38,632 nucleotides of DNA from NCBI GenBank assembly GCA_900617105.1, contig UYFQ01000101.1, forward strand, positions 1 through 38,632, read 5' to 3'. Made by a program: the position numbers and the translations under genes. The notes under the pieces are model-generated. The model was not told the DNA's origin and made no database searches. It saw only the letters and a list, made by a program, of their open reading frames with translations. Source of the stretch: Hydrurus foetidus (lineage: Eukaryota). Of the stretch, positions 1-12,299 are shown piece by piece. Position 1 is the stretch's first letter. Each line of letters opens with the position of its first letter.

Positions 1-3000
1 TCTTCCTCTTCCTCTTCCCCTCTTCCTCTTCCTCTTCCTCTTCCTCTTCCTCTTCCTCTTCCTCTTCCTCTTCCTCTTCCTCTTCCTCTTCCTCTTCCTC
101 TTCCTCTTCCTCTTCCTCTTCCTCTTCCTCTTCCTCTTCCTCTTCCTCTTCCTCTTCCTCTTCCTCTTCCTCTTCCTCTTCCTCTTCCCTCTTCCTCTTC
201 CTCTTCCCTCTTCCTCTTCCTCTTCCTCTTCCTCTTCCTCTTCCTCTTCCTCTTCCTTCCTCTTCCTCTTCCTCTTCCTCTTCCTCTTCCTCTTCCTCTT
301 CCTCTTCCTCTTCCTCTTCCTCTTCCTCTTCCTCTTCCTCTTCCTCTTCCTCTTCCTCTTCCTCTTCCTCTTCCTCTTCCTCTTCCTCTTCCTCTTCCTC
401 TTCCTCTTCCTCTTCCTCTTCCTCTTCCTCTTCCTCTTCCTCTTCCTCTTCCTCTTCCTCTTCCTCTTCCTCTTCCTCTTCCTCTTCCTCTTCCTCTTCC
501 TCTTCCTCTTCCTCTTCCTCTTCCTCTTCCTCTTCCTCTTCCTCTTCCTCTTCCTCTTCCTCTTCCTCTTCCTCTTCCTCTTCCTCTTCCTCCTTCCTCT
601 TCCTCTTCCTCTTCCTCTTCCTCTTCCTCTTCCTCTTCCTCTTCCTCTTCCCTCTTCCTCTTCCTCTTCCTCTTCCTCTTCCTCTTCCTCTTCCTCTTCC
701 TCTTCCTCTTCCCTCTTCCTCTTCCTCTTCCTCTTCCTCTTCCTCTTCCTCTTCCCTCTTCCTCTTCCTCTTCCTCTTCCTCTTCCTCTTCCTCTTCCTC
801 TTCCTCTTCCTCTTCCTCCCTCTTCCTCTTCCTCTTCCTCTTCCTCTTCCTCTTCCTCTTCCTCTTCCTCTTCCTCTTCCTCTTCCTCTTCCTCTTCCTC
901 TTCCTCTTCCTCTTCCTCTTCCTCTTCCTCTTCCTCTTCCTCTTCCTCTTCCTCTTCCTCTTCCTCTTCCTCTTCCTCTTCCTCTTCCTCTTCCTCTTCC
1001 TCTTCCTCTTCCTCTTCCTCTTCCTCTTCCTCTTCCTCTTCCTCTTCCTCTTCCTCTTCCTCTTCCTCTTCCTCTTCCTCTTCCTCTTCCTCTTCCTCTT
1101 CCTCTTCCTCTTCCTCTTCCTCTTCCTCTTCCTCTTCCTCTTCTTCCTCTTCCTCTTCCTCTTCCTCTTCCTCTTCCTCTTCCCTCTTCCTCTTCCTCTT
1201 CCTCTTCCTCTTCCTCTTCCTCTTCCTCTTCCTCTTCCTCTTCCCTCTTCCTCTTCCTCTTCCTCTTCCTCTTCCTCTTCCTCTTCCTCTTCCTCTTCCT
1301 CTTCCCTCTTCCTCTCTTCCCTCTTCCTCTTCCTCTTCCTCTTCCTCTTCCTCTTCCTCTTCCTCTTCCTCTTCCTCTTCCTCTTCCTCTTCCTCTTCCT
1401 CTTCCTCTTCCTCTTCCTCTTCCTCTTCCTCTTCCTCTTCCTCTTCCTCTTCCTCTTCCTCTTCCTCTTCCTCTTCCTCTTCCTCTTCCTCTTCCTCTTC
1501 CTCTTCCTCTTCCTCTTCCTCTTCCTCTTCCTCTTCCTCTTCCTCTTCCTCTTCCTCTTCCTCTTCCTCTTCCTCTTCCTCTTCCTCTTCCTCTTCCTCT
1601 TCCTCTTCCTCTTCCTCTTCCCTCTTCCTCTTCCTCTTCCTCTTCCTCTTCCTCTTCCTCTTCCTCTTCCTCTTCCTCTTCCTCTTCCTCTTCCTCTTCC
1701 TCTTCCTCTTCCTCTTCCTCTTCCTCTTCCTCTTCCTCTTCCTCTTCCTCTTCCTCTTCCCTCTTCCCTTTCTTCCTCTTCCTCTTCCTCTTCCTCTTCC
1801 TCTTCCTCTTCCTCTTCCTCTTCCTCTTCCTCTTCCTCTTCCTCTTCCTCTTCCTCTTCCTCTTCCTCTTCCTCTTCCTCTTCCTCTTCCTCTTCCTCTT
1901 CCTCTTCCTCTTCCTCTTCCTTTCCTCTTCCTCTTCCTCTTCCTCTTCCTCTTCCTCTTCCTCTTCCTCTTCCTCTTCCTCTTCTTCCTCTTCCTCTTCC
2001 TCTTCCTCTTCCTCTTCCTCTTCCTCTTCCTCTTCCTCTTCCTCTTCCTCTTCCTCTTCCTCTTCCTCTTCCTCTTCCTCTTCCTCTTCCTCTTCCTCTT
2101 CCTCTTCCTCTTCCTCTTCCTCTTCCTCTTCCTCTTCCTCTTCCTCTTCCTCTTCCTCTTCCTCTTCTCTTCCTCTTCCTCTTCCTCTTCCTCTTCCTCT
2201 TCCTCTTCCTCTTCCTCTTCCTCTTCCTCTTCCCTCTTCCTCTTCCTCTTCCTCTTCCTCTTCCTCTTCCTCTTCCTCTTCCTCTTCCTCTTCCTCTTCC
2301 TCTTCCTCTTCCTCTTCCTCTTCCTCTTCCTCTTCCTCTTCCTCTTCCTCTTCCTCTTCCTCTTCCTCTTCCTCTTCCCTCTTCCTCTTCCTCTTCCTCT
2401 TCCTCTTCCTCTTCCTCTTCCTCTTCCTCTTCCTCTTCCTCTTCCTCTTCCTCTTCCTCTTCCTCTTCCTCTTCCTCTTCCTCTTCCTCTTCCTCTTCCT
2501 CTTCCTCTTCCTCTTCCTCTTCCTCTTCCTCTTCCTCTTCCTCTTCCTCTTCCTCTTCCTCTTCCTCTTCCTCTTCCTCTTCCTCTTCCTCTTCCTCTTC
2601 TTCCTCTTCCTCTTCCTCTTCCTCTTCCTCTTCCTCTTCCTCTTCCTCTTCCTCTTCCTCTTCCTCTTCCTCTTCCTCTTCCTCTTCCTCTTCCTCTTCC
2701 TCTTCCTCTTCCTCTTCCTCTTCCTTCCTCTTCCTCTTCCTCTTCCTCTTCCTCTTCCTCTCTTCCTCTTCCTCTTCCTCTTCCTCTTCCTCTTCCTCTT
2801 CCTCTTCCTCTTCCCTCTTCCTCTTCCTCTTCCTCTTCCTCTTCCTCTTCCTCCTCTTCCTCTTCCTCTTCCTCTTCCTCTTCCTCTTCCTCTTCCTCTT
2901 CCTCTTCCTCTTCCTCTTCCTCTTCCTCTTCCTCTTCCTCTTCCTCTTCCTCTTCCTCTTCCTCTTCCTCTTCCTCTTCCTCTTCCTCTTCCTCTTCCTC

Positions 3001-5104
3001 TTCCTCTTCCTCTTCCTCTTCCTCTTCCTCTTCCTCTTCCTCTTCCTCTTCCTCTTCCTCTTCCTCTTCCTCTTCCTCTTCCTCTTCCTCTTCCTCTTCC
3101 TCTTCCTCTTCCTCTTCCTCTTCCTCTTCCTCTTCCTCTTCCTCTTCCTCTTCCTCTTCCTCTTCCTCTTCCTCTTCCTCTTCCTCTTCCTCTTCCTCTT
3201 CCTCTTCCTCTTCCTCTTCCTCTTCCTCTTCCTCTTCCTCTTCCTCTTCCTCTTCCTCTTCCTCTTCCTCTTCCTCTTCCTCTTCCTCTTCCTCTTCCTC
3301 TTTTCCTCTTCCTCTTCCTCTTCCTCTTTCCTCTTCCTCTTCCTCTTCCTCTTCCTCTTCCTCTTCCTCTTCCTCTTCCTCTTCCTCTTCCTCTTCCTCT
3401 TCCTCTTCCTCTTCCTCTTCCTCTTCCTCTTCCTCTTCCTCTTCCTCTTCCTCTTCCTCTTCCTCTTCCTCTTCCTCCCTCCTTCCTCTTCCTCTTCCTC
3501 CTCTTCCTCTTCCTCTTCCTCTCTTCCTCTTCCTCTTCCTCTTCCTCTTCCTCTTCCTCTTCCTCTTCCTCTTCCTCTTTCCCTCTTCCTCTTCCTCTTC
3601 CTCTTCCTCTTCCTCTTCCTCTTCCTCTTCCTCTTCCTCTTCCTCTTCCTCTTCCTCTTCCTCTTCCTCTTCCTCTTCCTTCCTCTTCCTCTTCCTCTTC
3701 CTCTTCCTCTTCCTCTTCCTCTTCCTCTTCCTCTTCCTCTTCCTCTTCCTCTCCTCTTCCTCTTCCTCTTCCTCTTCCTCTTCCTCTTCCTCTTCCTCTT
3801 CCTCTTCCTCTTCCTCTTCCTCTTCCTCTTCCTCTTCCTCTTCCTCTTCCTCTTCTCTTCCTCTTCCTCTTCCTCTTCCCTCTTCCTCTTCCTCTTCCTC
3901 TTCCTCTTCTCTTCCTCTTCCTCTTCCTCTTCCTCTTCCTCTTCCTCTTCCTCTTCCTCTTCCTCTTCCTCTTCCTCTTCCTCTTCCTCTTCCTCTTCCT
4001 CTTCCTCTTCCTCTTCCTCTTCCTCTTCCTCTTCCTCTTCCTCTTCCTCTTCCTCTTCCTCTTCCTCTTCCTCTTCCTCTTCCTCTTCCTCTTCCTCTTC
4101 CTCTTCCTCTTCCTCTTCCTCTTCCTCTTCCTCTTCCTCTTCCTCTTCCTCTTCCTCTTCCTTCCTCTTCCTCTTCCTCTTCCTCTTCCTCTTCCTCTTC
4201 CTCTTCCTCTTCCTCTTCCTCTTCCTCTTCCTCTTCCTCTTCCTCTTCCTCTTCCTCTTCCTCTTCCTCTTCCTCTTCCTCTTCCTCTTCCTCTTCCTCT
4301 TCCTCTTCCTCTTCCTCTTCCTCTTCCTCTTCCTCTTCCTCTTCCTCTTCCCTCTTCCTCTTCCTCTTCCTCTTCCTCTTCCTCTTCTTTCTTCTTCCTC
4401 TTCCTCTTCCTCTTCCTCTTCCTCTTCCTCTTCCTTTCTCTTTCTCTTTCTCTTTCTCTTCCTCTTCCTCTTCCTCTTCCTCTTCCTCTTTCTCTTCCTC
4501 TTCCTCTTCCTCTTCCTCTTCCTCTTCCTCTTCCTCTTCCTCTTCCTCTTCCTCTTTCTCTTCCTCTTCCTCTTCCTCTTCCTCTTCCTCTTCCTCTTCC
4601 TCTTCCTCTTCCTCTTCCTCTTCCTCTTCCTCTTCCTCTTCCTCTTCCTCTTCCTCTTCCTCTTCCTCTTCCTCTTCCTCTTCTTCCTCTTCCTCTTCCT
4701 CTTCCTCTTCCTCTTCCTCTTCCTCTTCCTCTTCCTCTTCCTCTTCCTCTTCTCTTCCTCTTCCTCTTCCTCTTCCTCTCCTTCCTCTTCCTCTTCCTCT
4801 TCCTCTTCCTCTTCCTCTTCCTCTTCCTCTTCCTCCTCTTCCCTCTTCCTCTTCCTCTTCCTCTTCCTCTTCCTCTTCCTCTTCCTCTTCCTCTTCCTCT
4901 TCCTCTTCCTCTTCCTCTTCCTCTTCCTCTTCCTCTTCCTCTTCCTCTTCCTCTTCCTCTTCCTCTTCCTCTTCCTCTTCCTCTTCCTCTTCCTCTTCCT
5001 CTTCCTCTTCCTCTTCCTCTTCCTCTTCCTCTTCCTCTTCCTCTTCCTCTTCCTCTTCCTCTTCCTCTTCCTCTTCCTCTTCCTCTTCCTCTTCCTCTTC
5101 CTCT

Positions 5105-5139
<35 letters not shown>

Positions 5140-8100
5140 TTCCTCTTCCTCTTCCTCTTCCTCTTCCTCTTCCTCTTCCTCTTCCTCTTCCTCTTCCTCT
5201 TCCTCTTCCTCTTCCTCTTCCTCTTCCTCTTCCTCTTCCTCTTCCTCTTCCTCTTCCTCTTCCTCTTCCTCTTCCTCTTCCTCTTCCTCTTCCTCTTCCT
5301 CTTCCTCTTCCTCTTCCTCTTCCTCTTCCTCTTCCTCTTCCTCTTCCTCTTCCTCTTCCTCTTCCTCTTCCTCTTCCTCTTCCTCTTCCTCTTCCTCTTC
5401 CTCTTCCTCTTCCTCTTCCTCTTCCTCTTCCTCTTCCTCTTCCTCTTCCTCTTCCTCTTCCTCTTCCTCTTCCTCTTCCTCTTCCTCTTCCTCTTCCTCT
5501 TCCTCTTCCTCTTCCTCTTCCTCTTCCTCTTCCTCTTCCTCTTCCTCTTCCTCTTCCTCTTCCTCTTCCTCTTCCTCTTCCTCTTCCTCTTCCTCTTCCT
5601 CTTCCTCTTCCTCTTCCTCTTCCTCTTCCTCTTCCTCTTCCTCTTCCTCTTCCTCTTCCTCTTCCTCTTCCTCTTCCTCTTCCTCTTCCTCTTCCTCTTC
5701 CTCTTCCTCTTCCTCTTCCTCTTCCTCTTCCTCTTCCTCTTCCTCTTCCTTCTTCCTCTTCCTCTTCCTCTTCCTCTTCCTCTTCCTCTTCCTCTTCCTC
5801 TTCCTCTTCCTCTTCCTCTTCCTCTTCCTCTTCCTCTTCCTCTTCCTCTTCCTCTTCCTCTTCCTCTTCCTCTTCCTCTTCCTCTTCCTCTTCCTCTTCC
5901 TCTTCCTCTTCCTCTTCCTCTTCCTCTTCCTCTTCCTTCCTCTTCCTCTTCCTCTTCCTCTTCCTCTTCCTCTTCCTCTTCCTCTTCCTCTTCCTCTTCC
6001 TCTTCCTCTTCCTCTCCTCTTCCTCTTCCTCTTCCTCTTCCTCTTCCTCTTCCTCTTCCTCTTCCTCTTCCTCTTCCTCTTCCTCTTCCTCTTCCTCTTC
6101 CTCTTCCTCTTCCTCTTCTTCCTCTTCCTCTTCCTCTTCCTCTTCCTCTTCCTCTTCCTCTTCCTCTTCCTCTTCCTCTTCCTCTTCCTCTTCCTCTTCC
6201 TCTTCCTCTTCCTCTTCCTCTTCCTCTTCCTCTTCCTCTTCCTCTTCCTCTTCCTCTTCCTCTTCCTCTTCCTCTTCCTCTTCCTCTTCCTCTTCCTCTT
6301 CCTCTTCCTCTTCCTCTTCCTCTTCCTCTTCCTCTTCCTCTTCCTCTTCCTCTTCCTCCTTCCTCTTCCTCTTCCTCTTCCTCTTCCTCTTCCTCTTCCT
6401 CTTTCCCTCTTCCTCTTCCTCTTCCTCTTCCTCTTCCTCTTCCTCTTCCTCTTCCTCTTCCTCTTCCTCTTCCTCTTCCTCTTCTTCCTCTTCCTCTTCC
6501 TCTTCCTCTTCCTCTTCCTCTTCCTCTTCCTCTTCCTCTTCCTCTTCCTCTTCCTCTTCCTCTTCCTCTTCCTCTTCCTCTTCCTCTTCCTCTTCCTCTT
6601 CCTCTTCCTCTTCCTCTTCCTCTTCCTCTTCCTCTTCCTCTTCCTCTTCCTCTTCCTCTTCCTCTTCCTCTTCCTCTTCCTCTTCCTCTTCCTCTTCCTC
6701 TTCCTCTTCCTCTTCCTCTTCCTCTTCCTCTTCCTCTTCCTCTTCCTCTTCCTCTTCCTCTTCCTCTTCCTCTTCCTCTTCCTCTTCCTCTTCCTCTTCC
6801 TCTTCCTCTTCCTCTTCCTCTTCCTCTTCCTCTTCCTCTTCCTCTTCCTCTTCCTCTTCCTCTTCCTCTTCCTCTTCCTCTTCCTCTTCCTCTTCCTCTT
6901 CCTCTTCCTCTTCCTCTTCCTCTTCCTCTTCCTCTTCCTCTTCCTCTTCCTCTTCCTCTTCCTCTTCCTCTTCCTCTTCCTCTTCCTCTTCCTCTTCCTC
7001 TTCCTCTTCCTCTTCCTCTTCCTCTTCCTCTTCCTCTTCCTCTTCCTCTTCCTCTTCCTCTTCCTCTTCCTCTTCCTCTTCCTCTTCCTCTTCCTCTTCC
7101 TCTTCCTCTTCCTCTTCCTCTTCCTCTTCCTCTTCCTCTTCCTCTTCCTCTTCCTCTTCCTCTTCCTCTTCCTCTCTCCTCTTCCTCTTCCTCTTCCTCT
7201 TCCTCTTCCTCTTCCTCTTCCTCTTCCTCTTCCTCTTCCTCTTCCTCTTCCTCTTCCTCTTCCTCTTCCTCTTCCTCTTCCTCTTCCTCTTCCTCTTCCT
7301 CTTCCTCTTCCTCTTCCTCTTCCTCTTCCTCTTCCTCTTCCTCTTCCTCTTCCTCTTCCTCTTCCTCTTCCTCTTCCTCTTCCTCTTCCTCTTCCTCTTC
7401 CTCTTCCTCTTCCTCTTCCTCTTCCTCTTCCTCTTCCTCTTCCTCTTCCTCTTCCTCTTCCTCTTCCTCTTCCTCTTCCTCTTCCTCTTCCTCTTCCTCT
7501 TCCTCTTCCTCTTCCTCTTCCTCTTCCTCTTCCTCTTCCTCTTCCTCTTCCTCTTCCTCTTCCTCTTCCTCTTCCTCTTCCTCTTCCTCTTCCTCTTCCT
7601 CTTCCTCTTCCTCTTCCTCTTCCTCTTCCTCTTCCTCTTCCTCTTCCTCTTCCTCTTCCTCTTCCTCTTCCTCTTCCTCTTCCTCTTCCTCTTCCTCTTC
7701 CTCTTCCTCTTCCTCTTCCTCTTCCTCTTCCTCTTCCTCTTCCTCTTCCTCTTCCTCTTCCTCTTCCTCTTCCTCTTCCTCTTCCTCTTCCTCTTCCCTC
7801 TTCCTCTTCCTCTTCCTCTTCCTCTTCCTCTTCCTCTTCCTCTTCCTCTTCCTCTTCCTCTTCCTCTTCCTCTTCCTCTTCCTCTTCCTCTTCCTCTTCC
7901 TCTTCCTCTTCCTCTTCCTCTTCCTCTTCCTCTTCCTCTTCCTCTTCCTCTTCCTCTTCCTCTTCCTCTTCCTCTTCCTCTTCCTCTTCCTCTTCCTCTT
8001 CCTCTTCCTCTCTTCCTCTTCCTCTTCCTCTTCCTCTTCCTCTTCCTCTTCCTCTTCCTCTTCCTCTTCCTCTTCCTCTTCCTCTTCCTCTTCCTCTTCC

Positions 8101-8667
8101 TCTTCCTCTTCCTCTTCCTCTTCCTCTTCCTCTTCCTCTTCCTCTTCCTCTTCCTCTTCCTCTTCCTCTTCCTCTTCCTCTTCCTCTTCCTCTTCCTCTT
8201 CCTCTTCCTCTTCCTCTTCCTCTTCCTCTTCCCTCTTCCTCTTCCTCTTCCTCTTCCTCTTCCTCTTCCTCTTCCTCTTCCTCTTCCTCTTCCTCTTCCT
8301 CTTCCTCTTCCTCTTCCTCTTCCTCTTCCTCTTCCTCTTCCTCTTCCTCTTCCTCTTCCTTTCCTCTTCCTCTTCCTCTTCCTCTTCCTCTTCCTCTTCC
8401 TCTTCCTCTTCCTCTTCCTCTTCCTCTTCCTCTTCCTCTTCCTCTTCCTCTTCCTCTTCCTCTTCCTCTTCCTCTTCCTCTTCCTCTTCCTCTTCCTCTT
8501 CCTCTTCCTCTTCCTCTTCCTCTTCCTCTTCCTCTTCCTCTTCCTCTTCCTCTTCCTCTTCCTCTTCCTCTTCCTCTTCCTCTTCCTCTTCCTCTTCCTC
8601 TTCCTCTTCCTCTTCTTCTTCCTCTTCCTCTTCCTCTCTTCCTCTTTCCTTCTTCTTCCTCTTCTCT
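1..8667. repeat. Giant (TCTTCC)n / (GGAAGA)n hexanucleotide tandem array, ~8.67 kb, open at left window edge
   Basis: Directly visible. The + strand has only C/T up to the first G at 8668. Scattered small indels, a small TCTTTC variant block near 4434-4460, and degeneration over the last ~60 bp. Confidence 0.99.
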
Positions 8668-8693
8668 GCGAAGAAACACGAAGGTGAGCAACT

Positions 8694-11600
8694 ATGCAAT
8701 CTCAATTCATCATCTATTCTCTTGATCCAGAACTTATTCTTTTCTTCATTTCTCCTCTCTCACAGGAGATTATGCTGGAAAAAAGTAATAGAGTTTTTAC
8801 TCTTCTGGACACCGGCTCTTTTGCTGGCAACTTCATACACCGCCGCATTATAACTAACCATAATTTCACACAGTTTGTTTCCAACTCTTCAAAGAAACTG
8901 TGTAGAGTTTGTAGTGGATTAGATAATCATTGTTATGATATTTCTGACACTATAGACTTAACTCTTTCTTATTTTTGCCCTGATTTAAATAATTATTATA
9001 CTTTTCAAATCACGGCTTACGTTTTAAACGATTCGAAATTTGATCTAATAGGGGGAGGAAAAACAATTCGCGAATTGAATTTATTTTCACGTTTCCCCGA
9101 GCAAATATCTGCCAATGCTTCATCAAGCACAATCCCGTTAGCGGAAGTTTTATCTTCTGAGCAAGTGGATATAACGTGTGGCTGTCAGCCTAAGGAGAAT
9201 TTGCAACCCTCCGACGGCTCCCCAAAGGTCGATCCTTTAACCCAAAAGGTGAAACCGGCAGGCACTCAAAGATCAAGGACTCGTTTACACCTTGGATAGA
9301 TGAATTTCCTGATACTGACCCACTCTCGCTAATAAACTTAGCAGGTGATGAAGATCAGAAAAATAAACTTCGGTTACTAGTACACGAATTCAAGGATATA
9401 TTTAGCAGTGAACTCTCGGCCACTCCTGCTGATATTCCACCCTTCGACTTTAATGTCAATGACGACTAATGGAAAGTCACTAAAAATCGACGACCTCCAT
9501 GGGCTAAATCAACAGTTGGTCAAGCTGACATTCTTAGTCAGATTATCAAACTTGAAAAACATAAAATTGTTGAAAAATCAAACGCAGCTTATTATAGCCA
9601 AGTTTTGTTAGTTCCAAAGTCTGATGGAACTAAGCGCATGTGTATTGATTTTCGGAATCTCAACAATTGTACCGAAGATAAATCACATCCTATTCCCCAC
9701 ATCGGTGAGATGTTGCGGCGAATAGGTGCACATAAAGCAAAAGTGTTTGCTGTACTTGACCTCACTCAAGGTTACCATCAAGCACCACTTACACTTGCTG
9801 CACGCGCTTATACTGCATTCATACTTTTCTGCGGAGTATATCAATTCACTCGTTTACCCTTTGGGCCAAAACAAGCTCCCCCCTATTTCCAACAGATCAT
9901 GACGACTGATGTGTTAGCTGGGCTGATATACTCTATATGCGAAATGTACATCGATGATTACAATGTTTTCGGTAAAGACATTGACGAACTCATTTCTAGA
10001 CTTCGTCTTGTTTTTGAACGCTTTAGAAAAAACAAAATATTCCTTAAACCGAATAAGTGTTATCTAGGCTATGCCGAAATAGACTACGTTGGCAAAGTTT
10101 TATCTGCTGATGGACTTAGAATATCACAAGAAAAAATACGGACTGTCTTATTTTTTTATAAACCAGTACTTTCTAAACAAATTATAAGGTTTTTAGGATT
10201 GGTTAATTATTTTCACGACTTTGTTAGAAACGCTTCTACTGTTGTATACCCGTTATATCAGTTGCTTCTTAACTACAATAAGTATAAGAAAATAACTTGG
10301 ACAATAGAAGCTCTCAGAGCATTCAATTTGATCAAATCTGAGATTTCAAAATGCACGACTATGCACTTTTTAAGTGACACCGATCCGATATACTTGCACA
10401 CTGATGCATCGGACTATGGTGTAGGTGCCTATCTTTTCCAGTTAGTTGACGGTCAAGAAACGCCCATAGCATTTGTCAGTAAATCACTCAGCAAAGTACA
10501 GCTTCGTTGGGCTGTAATACAAAAAGAAGCATATGCTATCTTTTATTCGTGCACGTATTTAAAATCGCTATTACGTGATCGTACGTTTACATTACGTACA
10601 GATCATCGTAACTTGTTATACATAAAGGATAATTCAAATCCAATGGTTGTTCGGTGGTTTATGGCCTTATCCGAATATTCATTTAAGATTGAATATATAC
10701 CTGGACCTAACAATGATATAGCCAATTCGATGTCTAGACTCTGTCGCAATAACATGGTTGATTTCCCTCAGGAATATACTCCTGATGCAATCATGTCTGC
10801 TAACATTATTGAGAAATTTAAACTAACACGTGACCAGTACAATACTATCAGTAAAGTACACAACTCACAAGTTGGGCATTTCGGTCTCGAGCGCACTTTA
10901 AAGCGTCTTACAGACAGAAATGAAATTTGGCAATATATGCGACAGCATGTCAGGTGGTTCATAGATCACTGTTCGTGTTGTCAGAAGATGAGTATGTTAA
11001 AAATACCAATACATGCTCATGGCTTCTCGACTTCTAATTACACACCTATGGAATGCCTTAACATAGACTTCATAGGACCGTTTCCAGACGGCGGGTACGT
11101 ACTCGTAATTATCGATACGTTCACAAGATGGGTTGAACTGTTTCATACAGAAGATGCTACGGCACTTTCAACAGCTAAATGTCTCTTGCAACATTTCGAT
11201 CGTTTCGACGCACCTCTCTAACTCCGTTCTGATAATGGGCCACACTTCAATTCCGAAGTTATTAGAGAGTTTCTAACTCTTATTGGCACTCAACATTGCC
11301 TTACTTTAGCATATTCTAAAGAAGAAAATGCTATTGTTGAGCGCATGAATAAAGAAGTTAATAGACATCTTCGTGCATTAACATTCGACAATGTCACACC
11401 AGAAGATTATAAAACATTACTACCATTTGTGCAACGAATTTTAAATTCTAACCACAGTGATCGTTTGAAGATATCATCTTCTCAACTTCTTTTCGGAAAT
11501 GTACTCAAACTCGATAAAGGTATCTTTTAGCTCCTGCTGAGCGAAATGTTACTGATGACAAACCTTTGTCAAATCGTATGAGCAATCTACTCAAAACGCA

Positions 11601-12195
11601 AGAAAGCCTTCTTAAAGCTTCAGCTGAAGAGCTTCTTCGCACAGATCTGCTTCATCACAGTCAGTCTCAGATTTTTCAGCATGTAGAGTACCCAAAAGAT
11701 TCTTGTGTCTTGGTGCACTATCACGATGGATCCCCTCCTTCACGTCTTCATACGCATTTGAGAGGTCCATTAAAAGTCGTTAGTGGCGAAAATTCGCGTT
11801 ACACTTTATATGATCTAGTCACTCAGAAAACATCAGAATTTCATATATCTTCCATGAAACTATTTCTATTTGACCCATCGATCACAAATCTGTTAGATGT
11901 TGCACGACGTGATCACATGGAATACTTTGTTGAAGATATCCTTGATCATCATGGCAAACATCAACGCACCCTTATAGAGTTTTTTGTTAAGTGGTTAAAT
12001 TACCCTTCTGACAGAAACACTTGGGAACCTTACTCAAGTCTTCGTGATGTTGATAAACTCAATGATTATTTGCGTCAACATAATATGACAAAATTAATCA
12101 ATAAACAACACTGTCGATATACTTCATTCTTAACGATATTCATGAAGAATTTACCTCCTATTGTTTTTAACATTCGTTTTTTTGGAGGAATTTAG
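8694..12195 (+). pseudogene. pol: Gypsy pol polyprotein (aspartic protease, RT, RNase H, integrase, chromodomain), interrupted by stops and frameshifts
   Basis: Protease LLDTGS. RT RMCIDFRNLN...LDLTQGYHQ...RLPFG...MYIDD. RNase H LHTDASDYGVGA...KEAYA...TDH. Integrase H-x5-H..C-x2-C and NIDFIGP, then in-frame TAA at 11219 followed by LRSDNG...ERMN. Chromodomain EYFVEDILDH...FFVKWLNYP..NTWEP. Frameshifts or stops near 9280, 9420, 9468, 11219 and 11530. Confidence 0.95.
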
Positions 12196-12279
12196 TCAGT
12201 AAGAGTCTGACATAATCGTTTTGAATTATCTTTCAACACTTGTACTTCTTTTGTTAATATACATATACTGTAAATTTTC

Positions 12280-12296
12280 AAAAAAGGAGGAAGGGG
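12280..12296 (+). promoter_or_regulatory. Polypurine tract (PPT) of the Gypsy element
   Basis: aaaaaaggaggaagggg lies ~85 bp after the pol stop, just before the LTR-like region. Confidence 0.8.
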
Positions 12297-12299
12297 TAG

